Shown piece after piece: positions 56,829 to 64,000 of a stretch of DNA of 64,000 nucleotides. The notes beneath the pieces are model-generated. The model saw only the letters and a list, made by a program, of their open reading frames with translations. It was not told the DNA's origin and ran no database searches. The number at the start of each line of letters is the position of its first letter. Position 1 is the stretch's first letter. The DNA lies in IMG/VR virus record IMGVR_UViG_3300038465_000091, positions 1 through 64,000 of that record; one strand, given 5' to 3'. A program made the position numbers and the translations under genes.

Positions 56829-57472
56829 TCGACCCGTTTATGCTTGATCGCCGCTAATTCAGGAAATTCTTCTTCCGCTTCGAAATCTTGTGCCACGGCA
56901 ACGGGGTTCGGTGGTGTGTGTTCAAATTTGGGGTTGTTCCCCAGATCGTCCTGTGCTCGATCATTCCCACTGGTGCCGCCCTCTTCGTGGACTTCCCCTG
57001 ATGTATCATAACCATAAGCTAGTTTGTTTCTTGACCCACGCTTCTTATTGGCATCCCGAGTCAGTGTATCCAACACGCGATGTAGCTTCATCATAGCGTA
57101 GCTCTGATACACGGTCGCCATACCGTAATCACCCGCCTTACCGTAGGAGCTTGCGATGTCAAAATCGTGGTGGGAGTTCGTTACGTCGCGGGCGATGTCC
57201 CTGCGGGTGCTAAGTTCTTTGGAAACGTCTTCCAGCCCCAGCACAAGCTCCCGAAGATGAGTTTCGGTCTGGGTGTAAAGCTCTTGATCCTGTTCGGGAG
57301 CCTTCAGGCGATCCCAAACGGCGTAGATTTCCATGTAGGTGTCGCGGAGATAGTTCACGTCCTGCGGCCAAGAGGCCCCAGATTGCAGCAAAGCACTGGA
57401 AAATTGCGGGGTTGTCTGAAGAGGGGCAACCGCCGAGGCAGCTAATTTGGTGATGGGAAGACGGACAGGCAT
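56807..57472 (-). CDS. Hypothetical protein
   Basis: 221-aa ORF. Confidence 0.7.
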   Translation of the reverse strand: MPVRLPITKLAASAVAPLQTTPQFSSALLQSGASWPQDVNYLRDTYMEIYAVWDRLKAPEQDQELYTQTETHLRELVLGLEDVSKELSTRRDIARDVTNSHHDFDIASSYGKAGDYGMATVYQSYAMMKLHRVLDTLTRDANKKRGSRNKLAYGYDTSGEVHEEGGTSGNDRAQDDLGNNPKFEHTPPNPVAVAQDFEAEEEFPELAAIKHKRVEWPARNR

Positions 57473-57499
57473 CTGGGCTCCTGTCTAAGAGCCAGAAAG

Positions 57500-58129
57500 T
57501 CAGATTCGATAGGACTGCCAAACCTCGGTGTCGAGTTCGCGGACGGTCTTGCCCCGCTTTTTGGCTTCGGCGATAAAGGCTTGCTCTAGTTCAAGATACC
57601 GCCTGCCTGCCTGAGGGGTGCTTTTGGGGGCGTTGTACCCCTGAAGCTTCAACCATTTGAGGATGTGAGTATCCAGCGGGACGCAGTTGGCCTCGGGCTC
57701 GTAGTACAGGATGGTCATGCGAGCGGTTTTGGGGCCGATACCCGGAATTTTCTCCAGCGATTCGATACTGACATGAGCGAGGTCGATGTTGACGGCGGCG
57801 GGGAACGCCTTGCGGTAGAGCTTGTACTTGCCGAGTTTGTGTTTGCGAAGGTAATAGTTAAGGGTGTTGTAATAGATGGCGTGCTTGACGATCTCGAACG
57901 GCGAGACCCCCTCATAACCCGGCATGGTGCTGCGGATGTCATCCAGAAAGGCGCGGAGCTTTTTCTCCGTACCCTTCGCACTCTTGCCCGCCACGCAGAT
58001 GCCGAAGAGAATCCACCACTCAAGCTGGAGTTTGGTCATCCGTTTTGGCAAGTTGGTTGGGTCCACCGCTGCTGTCGCTACCATCTTCCTTAACCTCACT
58101 CCACGTTCCGTCAACGATCTGGTTGACAA
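57500..58129 (-). CDS. HhH-GPD DNA glycosylase-like protein
   Basis: LEKIPGIGPKTA helix-hairpin-helix and catalytic PLDTH; probable start MVATAAV. Confidence 0.85.
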   Translation of the reverse strand: MSTRSLTERGVRLRKMVATAAVDPTNLPKRMTKLQLEWWILFGICVAGKSAKGTEKKLRAFLDDIRSTMPGYEGVSPFEIVKHAIYYNTLNYYLRKHKLGKYKLYRKAFPAAVNIDLAHVSIESLEKIPGIGPKTARMTILYYEPEANCVPLDTHILKWLKLQGYNAPKSTPQAGRRYLELEQAFIAEAKKRGKTVRELDTEVWQSYRI

Positions 58130-58668
58130 AAACTTTGAACTTGAAACCCTTGCGTTGCCAATCAGGTTCCACTTGAATCTGGGCGTTCGGACCCAATTCC
58201 TGAATCACACCCTCAGGAATGAAGACTTCCCAGCCGCCATCGATCCTATAACCGAACTTGCGGATGAGCAGCCCTAATGCAGCTAGGGGGTCTTGTTGCA
58301 TCAGTGACCGAACTCCTCGACGATGCCGAGAACCTCGGCGAGGATCAAAAGCGTTGCCGCCACGTAAATCACGGGGTGGTGATCCACGGCGTAGAGGAAA
58401 AGGTATCCGCCAATGCGGAAGAAACTCTTGATGTAGCTGATTTTTGCGTGTTCGCTCGCCATTATCGCACCAACCCCCGACCGTGGGCGTTGGATTCGGT
58501 CGAGCCCTGCGACAGGATGACATCCACAGCCACACGAGCGTGGAAGCGAGCCGCCGCTGGGCTCATGTTCGCCGCACGCATTACCTTGATCTGCTCGTTC
58601 AACAGCTTGTGACGAAACTTCCGACGTGCGGCCTTGCGTGCACCATCACCACGATGTTCTCCTGTCAT
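58020..58668 (-). CDS. Three small hypothetical genes (MQQDPL.. ending 58020; MASEHAK.. membrane protein 58301-58462; 58462-58668)
   Basis: Coupled start and stop codons. Confidence 0.5.
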
Positions 58669-58708
58669 ATTTCGAAGACCCTCGCTTTGTATAATACCAC
58701 AAAATCGC

Positions 58709-59449
58709 TCATAGTTCGACGATTACTGGCGGATACGGCGGATACCCATGTGCCGCCCGCTCGTTAGGATACCCGTATGGGCGACAAATCACTTCCGTCT
58801 CACCGAGCAAATAGTTGCAATCGGAATGCGTGTGCCCGTGAAACCAGTATCTCGGCTGCTTGACCTCGATCAAAGATGTCTCATCTGACAGAAAGAAGCG
58901 ATTGAGTGAATTACCGAGAAATTGCTGGGGCGTGCTTCGTGGGTGGGGTAGATGATGGCTCAGCACCACGGTCTGAGGCGTCACCAGCCGCATTGCAGCC
59001 TCACGGAAAGCCGTATTCTCCGCGTACACCCACTTACGAAAGTCCTTAATCACAACGAAGTCCGACATCGTGCTCTCGTACAACTGATTCAAAGGTTGGT
59101 CGGGAAACCACATCGTGCCGCCAAAGAAATGCACGCCGTCGAGGGTCACGTCGCTGTTTTGTAGCCAGACGAAGTTCCTCGGCATGTAGGACTTGAGAAT
59201 AACCTCGGCCTGTTCGCGAGTGCCGCCGTAGTATTCATGGTTGCCCGTGGTGTAAATGACGTGCCGCGCCTTTGTGCTGAGGAAGGCCAACACCTGCTGG
59301 ACAATCTTCCCGTTCTGGCGGCAGGGGACAACGATGTCTCCGGGCAGGGCGAGGAAATCCAGATCGGGGGCGAAGTCCAGCCGATTGAGAACGGACAGCG
59401 GCATGTCATAGAACTCAAGATGCAAGTCCGAAACAATCTGGAGCTTCAT
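58709..59449 (-). CDS. Calcineurin-like metallophosphoesterase
   Basis: SDLHLE, PGDI, GNHEYY, SHH, HGHTH motifs. Confidence 0.92.
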   Translation of the reverse strand: MKLQIVSDLHLEFYDMPLSVLNRLDFAPDLDFLALPGDIVVPCRQNGKIVQQVLAFLSTKARHVIYTTGNHEYYGGTREQAEVILKSYMPRNFVWLQNSDVTLDGVHFFGGTMWFPDQPLNQLYESTMSDFVVIKDFRKWVYAENTAFREAAMRLVTPQTVVLSHHLPHPRSTPQQFLGNSLNRFFLSDETSLIEVKQPRYWFHGHTHSDCNYLLGETEVICRPYGYPNERAAHGYPPYPPVIVEL

Positions 59450-59502
59450 ACTTTATTATACCGCAAAATGCAAGGATTTACCTCACTCATCCGTTTATAT
59501 AA

Positions 59503-59724
59503 GTGGAGGCAACCATGTGCGACTGTGGATGTAAGGAAGGGAATCTGTGCAACCTGCACCAATTCATCTGGGAAACTCGAATGAAGGCTCAGCAAGTGCT
59601 AGACAACATGCCGCCTCCTACGCGATGGCAGCGATTCAAGCAGTGGGGGACGACGGGCGGTTCGGATTTCGATTGGGTAACGTTCTTGGTGGTGCTGGTG
59701 TTGTTGAAAGCAATCTTTGGATAA
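59503..59724 (+). CDS. Small membrane protein, hypothetical
   Basis: C-terminal TM helix; an internal ATG behind GGAGG is the likely start. Confidence 0.55.
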   Translation: MEATMCDCGCKEGNLCNLHQFIWETRMKAQQVLDNMPPPTRWQRFKQWGTTGGSDFDWVTFLVVLVLLKAIFG

Positions 59725-59726
59725 AT

Positions 59727-59772
59727 TGGAGGCGTTTACGGGAGTCGAACCCGTCATTTTTAGTTGAAAGTC
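59727..59772 (-). pseudogene. 3' half of a tRNA (Glu-like, loop CTTTCAA)
   Basis: T-arm ACGGG-TTCGACT-CCCGT and CCA end present; the 5' half is replaced by the HNH promoter. Confidence 0.65.
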
Positions 59773-59785
59773 AGTATTGTAGTAC

Positions 59786-60283
59786 ATGGAAACCCAAACC
59801 TGTACTAAATGCCGCGACCCCAAATCTGTAGATGAGTTCGCCTTCAAAAGTAAGGCGGCGGGCAAGCGCAACTCGTGGTGCAAGTCATGCCAAAAGCCCT
59901 ACAAAGACCAGCATTACCAAAACCACAAACAAGTGTACATCAAGAAAGCTCACGAGTATCGAGCGGATTACAAAGCGCGGATTTATGCTCTCCTCGCCGA
60001 ATACTACAAGCAACACCCGTGTGTCGATTGCGGGGCGGATGACTTCATTGTTTGTCAATCTGACCACGTGAGGGGCAAGAAGTTTGAGGGTATCTCAAGG
60101 CTTATTCAACAGGATGCTTCGTGGGAAAGAATACTAGAAGAACTTAAGAAGTGTGAGACTCGATGCGCTAATTGCCACATGCGAAAAACAGCCAAGCAAT
60201 TTGGTTGGTACAAAGATTTGGTAGCGTACAGGGGAATCGAACCCCTCATCATTCGCTTGAAAGGCGAAGGTCCAAACCGATAG
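59786..60283 (+). CDS. HNH endonuclease (tRNA-array family), antisense
   Basis: CVDCG...SDHVRGKK...KCETRCANCH; the C-terminus overlaps tRNA-Glu on the opposite strand. Confidence 0.88.
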   Translation: METQTCTKCRDPKSVDEFAFKSKAAGKRNSWCKSCQKPYKDQHYQNHKQVYIKKAHEYRADYKARIYALLAEYYKQHPCVDCGADDFIVCQSDHVRGKKFEGISRLIQQDASWERILEELKKCETRCANCHMRKTAKQFGWYKDLVAYRGIEPLIIRLKGEGPNR

Positions 60284-60294
60284 ACGGGTACGCC
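60219..60294 (-). tRNA. tRNA-Glu(TTC)
   Basis: TTCGC-CTTTCAA-GCGAA; CCA. Confidence 0.92.
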
Positions 60295-60310
60295 ATTGGA
60301 CTTCTAAAAT

Positions 60311-60385
60311 TGGTGCGCCGTGAGGGATTCGAACCCCCGATCTTTTGCGTGTCATGCAAACGATTTGCCACTAATCTAACAGCGC
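60311..60385 (-). tRNA. tRNA-Val(GAC)
   Basis: TTTGC-ATGACAC-GCAAA; CCA. Confidence 0.9.
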
Positions 60386-60386
60386 G

Positions 60387-60484
60387 TGTACCCGAGAGGG
60401 ATCGAACCTCCGACCTGCCTCCAGCAACCCATGCCGAAGCATAAAAGCTGATGGAGACCGCTCTGCCGGTTGAGCTACAGGCAC
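60387..60484 (-). ncRNA. tRNA body with a ~30-nt structured insert in the anticodon loop
   Basis: Normal acceptor, D and T arms; GTCTC/GAGGC stem encloses CAGC/GCTG and an ATGC-TTCG-GCAT hairpin. Confidence 0.65.
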
Positions 60485-60562
60485 AAACAAAAACTGGTGG
60501 AAAGGAAATCCCGGCAAGGATTTTACATTGCTACATGTCTGCAACAACCCACCCATAAAAAT

Positions 60563-60639
60563 TGGTGCGGCTTGGACTGAATTTCACGTCCGACCCCTCC
60601 CCCGTTATAGGAGTGCTCTGTTCCTGAGCTAAAGCCAAC
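60563..60639 (-). tRNA. Degenerate tRNA, nominal Val(AAC)
   Basis: D-arm GCTC..GAGC; CTCCT-ATAACGG-GGGAG; aberrant T-loop; CCA. Confidence 0.5.
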
Positions 60640-60642
60640 ATC

Positions 60643-60718
60643 TGGTGGACCTAGTGGGATTCGAACCCACGACCTCCGCAGTGCGAGCGCAGCGTTCTCC
60701 CAACTGAACTACAGGCCC
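60643..60718 (-). tRNA. tRNA-Ala(CGC)
   Basis: Loop CTCGCAC; G3:U70; CCA. Confidence 0.93.
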
Positions 60719-60852
60719 AAAACTTTAGACGGTGAGATTCGATACTCACATAAGCGCATCGACTAGCGATATAGCCGATCTCATCATTCAATGAGCTTAG
60801 GACGCTATTTATTTTTCGCCCTCTCTACGGGCGCTTAACTTACGTCTAAACT

Positions 60853-60928
60853 TGGTGCACCTTGAGGGATTCGAACTCTCGACTCCCACCGTGTGAAAGT
60901 GGTACTCTGGCCGCTGAGTTAAAGGTGC
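60853..60928 (-). tRNA. tRNA-Val(CAC)
   Basis: CCACT-TTCACAC-GGTGG; CCA. Confidence 0.92.
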
Positions 60929-60996
60929 AAAATGGTGGAGGCACGTTAAGGGCTTTCTTGCTCGCCCACCCTTACGGTCGTTCACCCCCGTAAACT

Positions 60997-61073
60997 TGGT
61001 AGCGCCTGCGGGAGTCGAACCCGCCGTCATTCGAGTGAGAGTCGAAGGTCCAAAGCCGATAGACGGAGACGCC
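60997..61073 (-). tRNA. tRNA-Glu(CTC)
   Basis: TTCGA-CTCTCAC-TCGAA; CCA. Confidence 0.92.
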
Positions 61074-61143
61074 ACAATCATATAATTGGCCTCTACAGTG
61101 AAATTCTTCACGATTTTGGCCGTTTTATACGACGTAATAAAAT

Positions 61144-61219
61144 TGGTGGACCTAAGGGGGCTCGAACCCCTGACCTCTCGAATGCCATTCGAACGCTCTC
61201 CCAACTGAGCTACAGGCCC
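61144..61219 (-). tRNA. tRNA-Ala(GGC)
   Basis: Loop ATGGCAT; G3:U70; CCA. Confidence 0.93.
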
Positions 61220-61227
61220 AACGACAG

Positions 61228-61301
61228 TGACGCAGTGTATCGGATTTGAACCGATGTTTCCCGCAGGCGTCCTCAACCAGCCTAGACGAACACCTATCAC
61301 C
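61228..61301 (-). ncRNA. tRNA-like RNA lacking a proper anticodon arm
   Basis: Glu/Asp-type D-arm GTCT..AGGAC and T-arm ATCGG-TTCAAAT-CCGAT are separated by only ~13 nt. Confidence 0.55.
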
Positions 61302-61338
61302 ATCTGTGCGCGTGTACATCGCGCAGTCTTTCAAAACT

Positions 61339-61413
61339 TGGAGCGGAACACGGGGCTCGAACCCGCGACCTGTTCGTTGGCAACGAACCGCTCTACCACT
61401 GAGCTAGTTCCGC
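61339..61413 (-). tRNA. tRNA-Gly(GCC)
   Basis: Loop TTGCCAA; GCGGAAC acceptor; U73; CCA. Confidence 0.95.
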
Positions 61414-61659
61414 AAACTTTCAAAAGCAAAAGCATGTGTGTCCCAGTCGGTCGATAGGATTACCAGCCCCTACCACAAGCGGTTCGGGCTTTCGCCGCAA
61501 CCGCCGAACCTCAATCTGAGGTCGTCGAGTCTCGCAGCCGAAGCTACGACGTTTTTCTACCCACTTAAGGGAGTCCACGCGGATACACACAACTCATTTG
61601 GGGAGGATGGGTGTTAATCCAGTTTTGACCTCGTGCCAACACACGAGCCTCCCCCGATC

Positions 61660-61734
61660 TGGAGCGAGCAACGGGAATCGAACCCGTCTCATCGGCTTGG
61701 AGGGCCGGGGCACCGCCAGTTATACCTTACTCGC
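61660..61734 (-). tRNA. tRNA-Gly(TCC), C33 variant
   Basis: Loop CCTCCAA; U73; CCA. Confidence 0.82.
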
Positions 61735-61745
61735 TTAAAATATTC

Positions 61746-62158
61746 GTGTTGAACCTGTAGCCGGGATTTTGTCCGCCAGCTTACGCCAGTTGGACGACCA
61801 TTCCTCTAGGCGTTGCATCGCTACAACGCTCAAGCACCCTACCCGCTGATTACCCGCCTCTTGCGAAGCGAACGGATCGAACACAATCCTGCTCAGCCTA
61901 TTTGGGCTTGCTGCACGTGGAGATTGCTCGTTTCACCCGAACTGAATCGGCTCGTCTCTGTAGCTCTAATCGTCAACACCCTTGCGGGTGCCGCCCAGCC
62001 GTTAGCTGGCACGCTGTTCTTTGCAGTCCCGAACTTCCTCCCCTGCGCTCAACGCCGGACTTGGTTGGGTATTTCACATCAACACTGCCGATGCGAATCT
62101 TACACGCTTCCAAGCACAGGACGTATATCTACGCAGCAGCGGTCGTCCAATTCAACAC
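61746..62158 (-). ncRNA. rnpB: RNase P RNA (bacterial type A-like)
   Basis: P1 GTGTTGAA/TTCAACAC; P2 ACGACCG/TGGTCGT; P4 strands GAGGAAGTTCGGG and ACAAAATCCCGGCTA; GGGTGAAACG and GAGCAA core motifs. Confidence 0.9.
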
Positions 62159-62234
62159 AAATTTTCAAAGACCTAATAGACGATGCAAAAGCTTTGTTCT
62201 GCACTCAATCACCCGATAAACTGGGCGATGATTT

Positions 62235-62309
62235 TGGAGCACCCGGTCGGTGTCGAGCCGACTCATAATGGTTTTGCAGACCATTGCGTTCCCGTTTCGC
62301 CACGGATGC
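62235..62309 (-). tRNA. tRNA-Cys(GCA)
   Basis: ATGGT-CTGCAAA-ACCAT; U73; CCA. Confidence 0.9.
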
Positions 62310-62313
62310 AAAT

Positions 62314-62694
62314 TTAAATGCGTTTCAATACCTGTGCTTCTTCAAAAGTCGCTAGGCGGTGATGATTAGCACAAAGCACATCACACTTTGCGGCTTCTCG
62401 CTTCACTCGTACAAGGGACCAACCCTTCTTACGGGTTTCAGATAAATTCAGTTCTTTTGTCGCCCTATCGCGATGGGCAAAATCTAAACAGACTGGATGT
62501 TCCCGCCATCCGCAAACTTTACAACCCATCTCCATTTTGTAAGCGTCCAGCCATTGACAAATAACGGCTATCCGCTTTTTATCATTCTTCCGCACCGCTT
62601 TCAAGTGTCGTGCCTTCCGAACTGGATCGGCGTAATACCGCTTCCAGTACCCAGCACGATATTCCTTGCGCTTCTTGCAATCCTTCAACGGCAT
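62314..62694 (-). CDS. HNH endonuclease (tRNA-array family)
   Basis: CKVCG...CLDFAHRD...KCDVLCANHHR. Confidence 0.88.
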   Translation of the reverse strand: MPLKDCKKRKEYRAGYWKRYYADPVRKARHLKAVRKNDKKRIAVICQWLDAYKMEMGCKVCGWREHPVCLDFAHRDRATKELNLSETRKKGWSLVRVKREAAKCDVLCANHHRLATFEEAQVLKRI

Positions 62695-62699
62695 AAATT

Positions 62700-62773
62700 T
62701 GGCGGGGATACGGAGAATTGAACTCCGATTTTATGATAGACAGTCAAATGTCCTACCCTTGAACGATATCCCC
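62700..62773 (-). tRNA. tRNA-Asp(GTC)
   Basis: Loop CTGTCTA; G73; CCA. Confidence 0.9.
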
Positions 62774-62785
62774 GTTCTTAAATTT

Positions 62786-62860
62786 TGGTGGACACGGGGG
62801 GATTTGAACCCCTTCTTTCACTTTGCAAGAGTGACGCATTCCCAGTTATGCTACCGGCCC
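62786..62860 (-). tRNA. tRNA-Ala(TGC)
   Basis: TCACT-CTTGCAA-AGTGA; G3:U70; irregular lower acceptor stem; CCA. Confidence 0.82.
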
Positions 62861-63075
62861 ATTTTTGCTGGTTTCGCGACACTCTTCGTGCCGTGTACCA
62901 GATCAAACTCTAATTGCCGAACCACCATCAGGTCCATCTTGAACAGGGCTTCATCCTCGGTGTCGGCAGATGCGACTAGGCCGAGGGTGGGGTGAACCAC
63001 TTTGAATCCCCAATCATACCTCTCGACCTCCACGGTCGTTACCAGCTTGACGATGCGTTGTCTGTCGCGTTTCAT
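62851..63075 (-). CDS. Small HicB-like protein
   Basis: SD GGAG; W.F.V.HPTLGLVASADTEDEAL resembles the HicB N-terminal domain. Confidence 0.55.
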   Translation of the reverse strand: MKRDRQRIVKLVTTVEVERYDWGFKVVHPTLGLVASADTEDEALFKMDLMVVRQLEFDLVHGTKSVAKPAKMGR

Positions 63076-63090
63076 CTTCTCTCCGAATCT

Positions 63091-63169
63091 TGGTACGCCG
63101 AGAGGGACTCGAACCCCCGATAATACTTGCTTGTAGGGCAAGTGGTTTCGCCGCTCACGCCATCGGCGT
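63091..63169 (-). tRNA. tRNA-Val(TAC), C33 variant
   Basis: CTTGC-CCTACAA-GCAAG; irregular D-stem; CCA. Confidence 0.8.
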
Positions 63170-63180
63170 AAATTTACCGC

Positions 63181-63214
63181 AAAAACAAAAAGGACGCCTT
63201 TTTAGGGGCGTCCT
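63181..63214 (-). terminator. Attenuator terminator upstream of the Val/Ala/Gly/Asp/Glu/Cys array
   Basis: AGGACGCC-CCTAAAAA-GGCGTCCT followed by TTTTGTTTTT, about 11 nt before tRNA-Val. Confidence 0.92.
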
Positions 63215-63238
63215 CGGAATTCGTTGGTTTTAGGCTAT

Positions 63239-63385
63239 TTAGCCACCCCAACCATCCAAGGACACCATATCTCCTACCGGCGCCGCGTCAGCGGCGACAG
63301 TACCGCGTTCGGCTGTACAAGCCGACAGGACCACGCCTGCACAGACGACCGTCACGACAACACCGTCTTGGAGAATGGAGTTCAT
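63239..63385 (-). promoter_or_regulatory. Leader peptide ORF (MNSILQDGVVVTVVCAGVVLSACTAERGTVAADAAPVGDMVSLDGWGG)
   Basis: 48 aa: 10 Val, 7 Ala, 7 Gly, 4 Asp, 2 Cys, 1 Glu; its 3' end forms a 12-bp antiterminator arm; TATTGT element upstream. Confidence 0.85.
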
Positions 63386-63700
63386 AAGCGTCTCTATTTA
63401 CAATACTCGGTATTCAGGAAACTTGCAACAACTATTTTTCAGAAAAGTTTGAGGGCGCAACCACGGACGAACCGTGTGATCTTCTGTCTTGCTACGGCTA
63501 TCAGCCGCCTTCCGAACTGCGCCCCGATGAAAATACATCGGCTACAGTAACCCTGCACGTTGAACTGGTGCCAGCTAGAGTTCGGGACCGTTGCCACCGT
63601 TGCACCTGAGGTACACCGGATTATGCGGGTCATGACTCCCGTGACAGTGGGTTTTAGCCCTAGCCAGCCGTGCACAGTATGCAGCCGAATCTCAAAATTT

Positions 63701-63775
63701 TGGTGGACCTAGAGGGAATTGAACCCCCGACATCAGCCTTGCAAAGGCTGCGTTCTCCCGCTGAACTATAGGCCC
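63701..63775 (-). tRNA. tRNA-Ala(TGC)
   Basis: CAGCC-TTTGCAA-GGCTG; G3:U70; CCA. Confidence 0.95.
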
Positions 63776-64000
63776 AACCCCTTTCGGACGCGGTACACGT
63801 GCTACCCGTCGTCCTTAGGGCTCCCCCTCGTGCGATCCTCATGCCCGTGACAGGGTGATTGAAGACGGGGGCTGCGGTGCATACTCTAGAACTGTCACGT
63901 CCTATTGCCTTTTACGGCAGAGCAGGGGCAGAACGCAGGCTCACATTAAGATAATACCGTAGTCTGGGGATTCTTACAAGCGGGTCGTGACTTCTTTGTA

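Noticed and set aside
60387-60484. Archaeal-type bulge-helix-bulge intron
   Set aside because: The bulges lie 5' of the 4-bp helix rather than 3', and the alternative register has a mismatch.
63439-63675. 78-aa ORF as a real gene
   Set aside because: No RBS or domain; the region has internal helices and may be non-coding. Unresolved.

Overview
This is a 64-kb segment of a large tailed dsDNA bacteriophage using the standard genetic code, with almost all genes on the minus strand. It carries a probable portal protein, a family-A DNA polymerase, a primase Zn-finger domain, RecA, RuvC-like resolvase, DnaQ-like exonuclease, SbcD plus an N-terminal SbcC half, a DinG-like helicase, SSB-like and HU-like proteins, a DNA methyltransferase, NADAR, a GGQ peptidyl-tRNA hydrolase, about ten HNH/EndoVII/GIY-YIG endonucleases, a tail protein with an ice-binding (DUF3494-like) domain, an RNase P RNA and about 28 tRNA or tRNA-like genes. 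A membrane-anchored GcvH-like gene and an outer-membrane beta-barrel suggest a diderm host, possibly Acidobacteria (inference). The main finding is that the tRNAs form three arrays sorted by amino-acid family (Pro/Met/Phe; Leu/Tyr; Val/Ala/Gly/Asp/Glu/Cys). Each array is preceded by a promoter and a short unannotated leader ORF enriched in the codons those tRNAs read. Two of the leaders are followed by a clear, mutually exclusive antiterminator/intrinsic-terminator pair. This is the architecture of ribosome-stalling attenuation, here apparently switching on phage tRNA supply when the cognate tRNAs run out. The arrays also contain many non-canonical tRNA-like and closed-stem RNAs. All calls were made by eye from the sequence; no database searches or folding programs were run.
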